Shown: piece by piece, positions 14,001-21,400 of the stretch | Numbering within the stretch: the stretch's first letter is position 1 | Layout: each line of letters opens with the position of its first letter | From: Tubiluchus corallicola | Taxonomy: Eukaryota; Animalia; Priapulida | Direction of reading: 5' to 3' | Assembly (NCBI GenBank): GCA_030141605.1 | Contig: JAQGDQ010000065.1 | Span: forward strand, 372,001-436,000 | DNA length: 64,000 nucleotides | Translations under genes and position numbers: made by a program | Notes under the pieces: model-generated | Databases searched by the model: none | What the model saw: the letters and a program-made list of their open reading frames with translations, nothing else | What the model was told of the DNA's origin: nothing

Positions 14001-17000
14001 CAAACTGTAAACTCCAGTTCGGAAAGGCTAAATTTAATAACCCCTGATCACCGCCATCGAATGAACAGGCCTCAGTTTGTGATAGTGACATCAATCTACT
14101 GTAAGTTTCCAAATTGGGCTGAAATACAAACATTCCAGAATTAAAACAATCAGGCCACCCCACATCTGGGGCAGCCGCAAGCTCATCATAATTGAATAAC
14201 TCATCAATATTATCTAATACTAAAGTATCAGCATCTAAGTAAACGCACTTTGTAAACTGTGTCATAGCCCAGCAGTGCAATTTCGAGAATGTTACATTTA
14301 GCTCTGGCCTACCTAGCAAATGCAAGTTATCAAAATCACTACTCTTTAATAAATCAATCATTTGTACATAATCAAAAACATTACTAAGCTTTGCCATAAC
14401 TCTGCTAGAAACAGTATGGGTGACCAAAATTGCTAGATGTCGAGTTGTACCAGTTCGACGCAAACTGTGTGCCAAGACAAGAGCTCCCTTAGCATAACTG
14501 TCGTTCGTTGCCATGGTGAGATAGGCCTCCATAGACGTATGATGAACTGCAGGCTTGGTGTCTGATGACTGGGCTTTGGTGACGTCACGCACTCCTTGAA
14601 GCCAATCGGTAACCTTGTCCTTGGTTGACATGGGTTTCCTAGCTAAAGTCTCGTCTTTGATTTCAGGCGAGGTGACGGTTGTACGCGACTTCTGACTGGT
14701 TGCACTGCTATGTGAAGTAACTTCACTCTCAAGTCTTAACTGTTTTAATTTCATTGCTTTTAATTTCAGCTCCTGTTCCTGAATCTTAATCTCATGCAAC
14801 TTTAATTCCCTGGCACTTTTCTTCGACCGTCTCGTAGATTTCGAATGACTAGCACCTGAAGATGCTTTGCGCTCAACAACTTGATGCTGCGCTGTCGCTG
14901 TAGCTGCGTCAGCATACGACGACGTACCAGACGCTTCACATGACGTCACATTATATGAATGATCTGGTTTCTGCTGACTTGCTAAGAGTCTGTGAATTAG
15001 CTCTTCTTTACTACCAGAAACTGACAGTTGTTTAGCCCGCAGCATTTCTCGCAGCTGATCACGGGTCGTATTTTTTAATTTCTCCCTTGTTGTTTGGTCC
15101 GACATCATTTAGGTGTGTTCAACTTTAAACATGACCAAATAACTTCTCCTGTCTACAAAAGTCAATCTATGTACGCGAAACAGTAGCTAAACCGGAAGTA
15201 GGTCACAATCTGGGTCATATGTTGACTGTATAAAAATGTCCACTCTGGATTGTCGAATGCCGATATAAAATTGTTTGGGCTTTACGGAGACAAACAAACA
15301 AAGTCATCATTCGCTCAGTGTAACTGTTTATTGTTTGTACTATTTTCATGGCACATGCCCCGTAGTCATATTTGCTTCATCCCAAAATATTACATTTTAT
15401 CTGAAATAATATATAAATTTCTTTAATAAACTGATTCATTTTTACCAAAACATCGAATATGATTAAATTAATGAGAAGCTTACAACAAAATAAAATAAAT
15501 GACTAAATAAAATTTACGTACATCGTTGGGATTAATCATGAGTTCACGCAGCCACGTCACCACATGTACACCTTGAAACCTAAATGACCGGAAACTCTGT
15601 AGGAAGCGACTATTGAGGCCAGGTGTCGCCACTTGTAACTTATAGCTATACTAAATTTGACAAACAAAATCCTTGACAAATATTGTTGTAAGTTTTGCTA
15701 GTCTATATAATACCAATACAGGCATTTTTTGTATGTTTGCATGTTTATCTTTGTGTTAAATTTTTTGAATCAAAATAATCAGACGAATAAGATTAGGATT
15801 GTTCAACTTTAGCAGAGATCTGCTTCATACTGAACGCATTCTAGTTTTATTATATAAGTCAATTGCATCAGTATAACATATGTGCCATTTTCCTACTTTT
15901 CCATTTGTGCCATTTTTACTTACTTTTCCAGTTCTGCCATTTTTACCGGGCACCCCTGACCACATATGGTATAGGTTAATGCTGTTAACCACAATGTGTG
16001 CCTTTAAGGCCAATACCAAATTCATACCAATTTGTACAAGAACAAAGTCAGAATCATGACTGGCAGCCAAAAATTAGCACCAACAACATATAAACCAAGA
16101 CTAGCAAAATGGTCTTGAGATCAAGACCAGTCTTGAAATGTACAACTCATTCTAGCAACAGAATAATGTTCACAACTTTCAAGCTTGTTAAAATTTATTT
16201 GTAGGCAGAGATTGCAGGAAAAATTTCTGTTCAGCAGCTACAGGTGGCATTGGAGACGGGTGATCAAATATTATCAGCCAAATGCAGAGTTTATATTGCG
16301 ATAAGTTTCATGCAAAGAGGCAGATTGAAAGATGCAAAGAAAATTATCAGGTTAATTTCTGTGTTGCTTTATAATTATTGATTAACTAGATATATAACTT
16401 TTATAATGAAATTGCAACTTGTGACATTTTAACTGTTCTTGGGTCAGGGGTCAAACCAAATTCGTGTCAACCTTGTTCAATTTGTTTCATCCAGGCCTTT
16501 TATTTGGTATACTACAAGCCATTGTTGTTCAACACTGGAACGACCCCTATTTTCTGGTTTTGGCCCCTAACAAAAATTGTTTTCCGCATCCATATTTCAA
16601 TAATGTAGAAGAATTCAACTTCTAGCCACATAACAAAAATTGTCACCCTACTTAAAAACTGTAGAAGGAACTGTAGAGCCTAATGAAAAACTGATAGACT
16701 CTACTTTCCTTGACTCTTTGACCCAATGTCACAGTCACTACTCCGTTGTTTGAAGTCCTTTTACAGGTATATGCAGTGCAGTTTTGTGACTCAAGTGTTG
16801 TGACTTTTCCAGTTATTGACAAAACTCTGCTTTAACACTTTTGTCACACGACCTGGCCATTCCCATTTTCCGAAAAGTACTTAATACGCCATTACTTGAC
16901 TACTCATGCGTGTAAAAACATGGACTCCTAATTGAATACTGCAAGTGGAGTTGAGTGACAAAGCCATTTGCCCTAATTTTCACATTCTGGCTCCTGCTGT

Positions 17001-18036
17001 TGAGATCTTTGACCCAGAGATTAACAATCCTGTACTGTTCTGCCTATGTCAGGTGCCTACCCCCAAATTGTGCAATTCTAGTCCTTATTAGTACAGTAGT
17101 ATCAACCTCAACCACGGATAAAAAAGCCAGCCACAGTTGGAACTATTTATGTACAGTCTGGAATTACTGTTAACATACAAACTACTGTTAAGAAAATTTG
17201 ATTAATAAAACCAATGCACTGTTTAATGAGACCACTGTAACACACAACAAAAGCAATATGAAAGTGAAAAATAAAATGGATCTTTGGTAGTTTGCCTGTT
17301 TTTTAGATGCACAGTTAAAATTTAAGTCCTGTTTCATAGATCACCTCTTTTTTACAGTCAATTGTTGTAATCACTGAAATCACCTTTGTATGCTTGAGTT
17401 ATTCTGCTGGCATGTGAGTAAGCTCATGTTTATTGCCATAAATTATTAATTACAGTTCTTTTTTAGGAATAAGCATTTAAGTACTGTTTCTTGCCAAATA
17501 CACATGCTTGCAATAGACTGATACATAATAAAACCACCATTTATTAAGACCACTTATTGCTGGTCATGTGGTGTTTTTATAAAGTGGCTATTACTGTACT
17601 TGTCGAGCTATTGATAAGATCCCATTCTAACGATTTCGCCTATGTCACGTAACCTGGTCAAGCCCATTTTTCGAAAAACAGTTAATGCACAGCTACCCTC
17701 GCCCAGCTACCCACACACACATGCATAAACAATGACTCCTAATCCATTACTTTATGAGGAGTTGAGTGAAAAGCAGTTTGCCCTAAATTTAAAATTTTCA
17801 AACTCCAATTTCTGAAAAAGACTTAATGCACATCTACCCCGCAAGACTAAATACCTATGAAATCCTAGCAGTTGAGCGACAATGGAAAAATGACCGATGT
17901 TCACAGTTATATTTATGTTTGTAGGAGTCAATGGTTGGTGGCCAAGTGTTCGGGTAACAACCAGCTGAAGAACATGTGCTTAGGAGTATGGAGTCGACTT
18001 TCACACGTAGTTAAGAAGAATGCTCAACTTTTATAA
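5080..18036 (+). CDS. DUF4807 / C. elegans F58A4.6-like protein, spliced. Coding exons about 5080-5600, 6232-6346, 16205-16350, 17925-18036
   Basis: GT-AG junctions join in frame to give ...KAWSWRLMLLVLKKQSLEETMAWLSTLGGAYSAMGDYYMRC|AEIAGKISVQQLQVALETGDQILSAKCRVYIAISFMQRG..AKKIIR|SQW..LKNMCLGVWSRL..stop. This matches the recalled WLSTLGG..S.LG / AGKIS..Q / MC.G.W family signature. The start codon is uncertain. Confidence 0.8.
5943..6085 (+). repeat. Degenerate (GAT)n microsatellite in an intron
   Basis: Runs of gatgat/gataat. Confidence 0.7.
7959..8365 (-). repeat. 3' LTR of the BEL/Pao element
   Basis: Direct repeat of 15272-15678. Confidence 0.96.
8366..8375 (-). other. Polypurine tract (plus-strand primer)
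   Basis: AAGGAGGCGG on the minus strand immediately precedes the TGTCA start of the 3' LTR. Confidence 0.85.
8455..15108 (-). CDS. BEL/Pao Gag-Pol polyprotein, 2217 aa: SAP - glycogenin(GT8) - DUF1759 Gag - zinc knuckles - aspartic protease - RT - Pao RNase H - integrase - DUF5641
   Basis: Gag core FDGDVMKFWSF. Knuckles CFLC..H..C, CFNC..H..C, CDVEGC..H..LLH. Protease ALLDPGS (Asp codon 12346-12348). RT NFYVDDLL (YVDD 11080-11091). RNase H FCDAS..AKSRLAP..TIPRLEL..WTDS. Integrase H..H..CRQC, VDCFGP, SDCGTNF, GGVWE. C-terminal FWRRW..EYL. Confidence 0.96.
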   Translation of the reverse strand: MMSDQTTREKLKNTTRDQLREMLRAKQLSVSGSKEELIHRLLASQQKPDHSYNVTSCEASGTSSYADAATATAQHQVVERKASSGASHSKSTRRSKKSARELKLHEIKIQEQELKLKAMKLKQLRLESEVTSHSSATSQKSRTTVTSPEIKDETLARKPMSTKDKVTDWLQGVRDVTKAQSSDTKPAVHHTSMEAYLTMATNDSYAKGALVLAHSLRRTGTTRHLAILVTHTVSSRVMAKLSNVFDYVQMIDLLKSSDFDNLHLLGRPELNVTFSKLHCWAMTQFTKCVYLDADTLVLDNIDELFNYDELAAAPDVGWPDCFNSGMFVFQPNLETYSRLMSLSQTEACSFDGGDQGLLNLAFPNWSLQFDKRLPFVYNAAVQGRYGYLPAMKQFSSKIKVAHFLGRKKPWDYTEYVNVNFSDDYESGFLRRWWDIYLFDVQPFFENSPSEVLEPSVKQTTPFFHAAFKSPQVEQTLNISARDFVPGNTLLPLPATSPQASYGNGIQNNSRNFSGRASQNDMNVFMDLMLEGQRQHLNMYNAMQLPHVQLETFDGDVMKFWSFIKRFEASVENYTQDDAARYTRLAQLCIGKAKRVVDSCNYMDPRFAYGHAKQLLTERFGSPFVVTQAWLSRIAEFEPIKINEPGKLQEFSDLIVACVETLKIMNNVCEISTQCSLLQIIKKLPFKFQDRWKDVVARLLKYEHRNPTIFDVVEFIKDAADKMNHPVFGDINVSLPTRSPKGKRDTKARNFASSAQETAPITKCNSERQPGNTTGSGGKMASQRLEMPCFLCNSTEHRSLRLCNKFKSMNDTDRLKTARREGLCFNCLIKGKHRAARCFKAGCDVEGCRRKHSNLLHAALEKMSPSKNNDGSKEEKALTHCKPEASSSCASIKEGGKAALPVVSVLVEVDGKMPVRTLALLDPGSTNTFCTKALFDKLGATGQERTLSLTTIEEKYSKVNTLITKMSVTGVNTGNKIALPHVFVRPALLLEKDCLAFSKDVEQWPHLQGLPLSFTDTEDLTELGLLIGQDVPDALIPLEVRTGPRLTPYAVKTKLGWTLNGPIGGGVPNLGRICSNLTQANALSYGETNSLQQQIEQFWKIETSESDRHFSRDDMRALDIWEASITKTHGHYQLDIPFKSENDVLPDTLQMASSRLESLRKRLQRNPELHNRYTIAINDLFMKGYAEEVDEDDDPTSRKWFLPHFPVFNANKPEKTRIVFDAAAETNEISLNKLPLQGPDLTNTCIGVLLRFRENPIAVMADIREMFHQVIVSPKHRNMLRFLWCKDGNLNSQPRTFRMCVHLFGGVWSPSVASFALQRTAKDNADLFPANVVATVLRNFYVDDLLKSLNTVNEAIQLVSQLTALLSLGGFHITKWMSNRREVLASVPAEERGSEIKNLDLTQSPLPTDRVLGVKWLVEEDCLGILVSLKDKPSTKRGMLSCISSVYDPLGMICPFVLQAKKLFQDECRIQKKDWDDALERDTEAKWAKWKGDCFALENFKLERCMKPRDFGLIFHLQLHHFCDASSYAYGTVSYVRMKSAQGEIHTAFLMAKSRLAPLKGLTIPRLELCAAVLASKVDQMLREELSFCVGTDQSVFWTDSQIVIHYIRNTAKRFHTFVQNRVNSILQVSSPTQWRFVSSTDNCADDASRGMSAEELLLSNRWKFGPSFLRKDEASWPQTNLDSDDILANDKEVKRSATVNVVECKGTSNNIIDQLLQYYSSFYRLKRGLAWLLRAKTILHRKASGGSDMDCSTNLTLTELNEAQNELIRHTQKQSFNKEYKTMCSRTKSTCRERSVTKSSCLYKLDPFIDKEGILRVGGRLQDALVDHEARHPIILPKNHRLSWLVIQHFHETNGHTGREHVMASVRRAFWIIGMRVMVRKVIHECRQCRLRYSQPLQQKMANLPPERVQQGSFSAVGVDCFGPIVVKRGRIEVKRYGALFTCLATRSIHLEVLFSMSTDSFIKALHRFCSRRGKPNRIRSDCGTNFIGANKELSKAMKEWNHNTIQKDLLQENIEWEYNPPRAPHMGGVWEAMVKIVKKHLLSVTNEQALDDEALNTLFCIVENVVNSRPLTATSDDPKDCSPLTPNHLLLAKCNLTNLPPGKFTSADIYRRKWRQIQYLADVFWRRWQTEYLPLLQIRSKWNRQKKDVEIGDVVLIMDETPRSCWLLARITEKHVGRDGLVRSVTLKTKDGQLQRPIHRLCLIESALDEFKGEAL
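13783..14532 (-). other. Glycogenin (GYG1-like, glycosyltransferase family 8) catalytic domain, about aa 193-442 of the polyprotein
   Basis: Collinear with the recalled human glycogenin-1 core: ATNDSYAKGALVLAHSL, RPELNVTFSKLHCW, KCVYLDADTLVLDNIDELF, AAPDVGWPDCFNSG, SFDGGDQGLLN, LPFVYN, YGYLPA, HFLGRKKPW, WWDIY. Confidence 0.95.
14977..15078 (-). other. SAP nucleic-acid-binding motif at the polyprotein N-terminus
   Basis: LKNTTRDQLREMLRAKQLSVSGSKEELIHRLLA fits the SAP consensus L..L...L...L...GL..SG.K..LI.RL. Confidence 0.8.
15272..15678 (-). repeat. 5' LTR of the BEL/Pao element
   Basis: 407 bp, reads TGTCAAGG...CCCAAACA on the minus strand; no mismatch to 7959-8365 found by eye. Confidence 0.96.
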
Positions 18037-18428
18037 CTCTTACTATAATAATAAGTGTGTTTTATAATATAAATCTTACATATTTAAATATACAATTTTT
18101 CGTGAATACATAATTCGTGAATAGAATATAACTGTGCCCGATACATTTTGAGCAGAAATTTTTAACGTTGTATAACTCTTCTGTGTGTAATACATACAGC
18201 CAAAATTGAGTTTTAATTAATAATAGTACATTTATTATAATGGCTACATTAATACAGAATCACGGAGATGTCTTTGTCTCCTAATAAATTATTTTCTCTA
18301 TGAGTTTATTGCATATTTATGAAAAAAATCATTCTATCTTATCTTCTTGGGTACATTTTAAATTCATTGATAGTCATTCAACCTTGTTGGACAGTTATTT
18401 ACAAGATCACTGAATTCTTCGATAATTG

Positions 18429-21400
18429 TTAACGTCGAGAAAGCAAAGTTGGTTCCATATCTTCCATTAATGACTTCAGAAACGAGTTGCCTCTAATTAT
18501 TTTCGTTGTGGCTATAATATATTCTGCAGGACCTAAAAGTAAAACGTTGACTTAATTCTTACGTAATTCTTTTACGTTGAAACTGGTTCAAGAGACAACA
18601 GAAGCAAAGGATATTTATACAGCAGTGACTGAATTTCTGTTCGTTATTAGTAAAGATGAAATAGCCAAATGATCAGTGTGTTATTTTATCAAACTACAGT
18701 AGGTGCCGCTTAAGAGACTCACTTTGAGACCATGCTTAAGAGACCTACTTTGGGACCAAAGTGTTTTGAACCAATTAACCGACTGAACTGATTAACCGAT
18801 GGGTGTAGTATTACTGGTATAGAAGTATGAGTCATCAGCTTAGTATGCACTGCAAAGGTTTTTAATGAATTTTAGAAACGAAGTAATGCCTAAATTCCTT
18901 TGTGCAGTTAAAAATTAAAAAAATTAAAATATGAATTTATGTAAGTGAATTAGCAATAAATTAAAAAGTATACTTTTCTAAATCACACAAGTCTGTTTAT
19001 TTGCAAAAATTACAAAAATTCCTTTAAAGTCAGCTGCTTCATTTTATTGAGAAGTTGGCTCAAAGTTCTCATAATGATAAAAACGTTGAAAATCTGTTGT
19101 TGTATGATGCACAAATTTTCGTAAAATACTTAGTGTTTGGCGTGCTTAAACTGTTTGTGGTGCCCGTGTTTCCCCACAACTAGCTTCGTCTGTAGTTTCG
19201 CGTATGCTCTGATTGTGACATACTTACTGTACCTGTGTGTCCCTGGCATAACAGCAACATCTAACTTTCTTGCAAAGACAGCCAGAGCTTCAAAAGCAAA
19301 CTGCTAAGCACCGTAATTAAATGTTTAGCTTTCAGGAATTCTTGGGTAACGAGGTTAATTGCAGTGGACAGGCCGGTCAGAGCAAACATTAGGCTAGCAT
19401 AATTAGCATATGATAAACATTCCTGCTTACAAACAAAACAGTACTTAACATGATTGTTTCCATGTATATTGTAGAACAAAAGTGAACTAAGATAATATAA
19501 GTCTTAATAAATGCTTATCAGTCACACGAAAGTGCCTTATTGAAGTATGTGGAGCAAAAATATTATGCAGAGTTATTTTAGTCAATTACCAACAATTTTT
19601 AGGCGTACCAGGCATTTTTGAGTCAATCAAGTAATTGAGTCTATTAACCGTGAGTCTATTAAGCGGCACCTGCTGCATTTATATTGAATATGATGTGGGA
19701 TTTGTTACTAATAAAGAAATAAAATATTTTAGCATCTTTGTATATTCTCAAAATAATATTATGGCTAGGGCTGGTAGGGATGGGTAGAATAAATTGCTGT
19801 TTCATGTGGTCAAAAATGTTAGAAGTTGTTACTACCGGAATTCTGTGCCCAATTTGATTTGTTAAACATACTAAAAAGCCAAAGACTTTGTTAAACTAAC
19901 AGTAGCACCTTTTTCCACTCCTAGTTTTTGTTGATATACTATGTAATGTCAAATTTGTTCATGTCTACATGGACTTACACTAAACTTGGCTATAAACTGA
20001 AAAAATCTGCTAAGTTTGGTGTGAGTGGTCAGCCTTAACAAGTGCAGAAAAACATTCAGCCAATCCTTTCTGTATTTATTTATAAAAGATACATTTTTGT
20101 GGATGTTGCGCTAAAACAGTCAAGCTACAACTTGCATACAAAATACAATATAAGTATACTATAAGCTCTGAGAAACACAATTGCTGAATATTCAAAAAAA
20201 ATTATTTAAATATACTTAAACCTTAGCTTCATTTCAGAAGAAGAGAACTGAAAAACCTAAAGCTTTTATCTTTGCCCAACAAGAAATAAATAATAGTGGC
20301 TTATTGTAGGTACAATAATTTTAATTGGTGACAGCACACAAATGAGCACACACAAACTTTCAAACAAGCTTCTTACTTTCATCTTGATGTGAAAGGAATC
20401 TCAAAGCAGCTATTTCAGCGAAGGTAACACCACCTAAGAAGAAAACCAGTGTCACTTTCTTGTCATCTGACTGGAGCGACGAAACTGAACCACCTGTACA
20501 AAGATATTTTTAGTTCCATTTTTTACACTTAAGTTAAAACAAAACAACACAAGTTACAGAGCAGAAAAACATAACACAAAAATAAGTCATGTACACAATG
20601 AATAGCATTAGTTAATTTGGAAAAGTAGCAGGAAATTATGAACTAAGGTAAGTAACAGAGTAGAAAGTTATGTATATGTTGTATGTTGTGTTTGACTAGT
20701 TGTTAATTAAAATGTGAATAAGCTACTTATGAGTGAGAAGTAAATAACTTAACATGGACTTAAATATACTTTAGCATTACGTTTTTTCTTCAGTCCCATA
20801 GGTATTTCTTGTGAAACTTCCACCTTTGGACCAGGAAGGATGTCTAGGCAATCCTCTATTGTTCTCCATCCTGGTTTTGTCAAAAACTGAGCAAGTCGAA
20901 CGGAGAGTGGAGCATAACCACTGTACACGTACGATATATCTGTTGGATTCTGACAAAAGAAAGAAAAATGAGATGGCAAGAGTGGCAAATATCTTTTTCT
21001 GATCAGTTAAGTGCAAGATCAAATTCCTTTACTAAGCGCTCCTAATGCAACTGAAGGCATTTTTAATGTTAATTTGAAATAATTACTTTGTCCACACTTT
21101 AATGCACTATATGTGATAAATGAAAATAGCATTAGTAATGGGATATTGTGTGCGAAAATTTCAGTATGACGTGACTTAGTAATGGGATATTGTGTGCGAA
21201 AATTTCAGTGTGACGTGACTGTTATCTCACGCTAGCTGCATTACTATTGCAGCACGGTCGTTTTTTGTCTTCTGATCACTTTTGCTTTTTAAATGTCTTG
21301 CTGCTAGAATGCACCGTGCCACTCAAATAATGCTACCGACAGTGACCACTTTTGCAATTGCAAGATAACAGTGGATTCTTATGTGTGATTGATGAGAATA

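Larger units (their letters stand above)
7959..15678 (-). mobile_element. Full-length BEL/Pao LTR retrotransposon (7720 bp) carrying a captured glycogenin domain; inserted antisense in intron 6347-16204 of the DUF4807 gene
   Basis: Two 407-bp TG...CA LTRs, 5-bp target duplication AATAT (7954-7958 and 15679-15683), polypurine tract next to the 3' LTR, and one uninterrupted gag-pol ORF. Confidence 0.97.

Noticed and set aside
8484-14144. Numerous plus-strand ORFs (67-192 aa) within the BEL element
   Set aside because: Antisense shadows of the long minus-strand ORF with no recognisable motifs.
13783-14532. A host glycogenin gene with transposon pieces inserted around it
   Set aside because: The domain lies inside one continuous ORF bounded by paired LTRs and a target duplication, with no splice sites needed.
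15825-16070. Collagen-like G-x-x ORF (GKNGRTGKVSKNGTNGK)
   Set aside because: Translation of a short TGCCATTTT/TTTTCC subterminal repeat, probably a MITE end.
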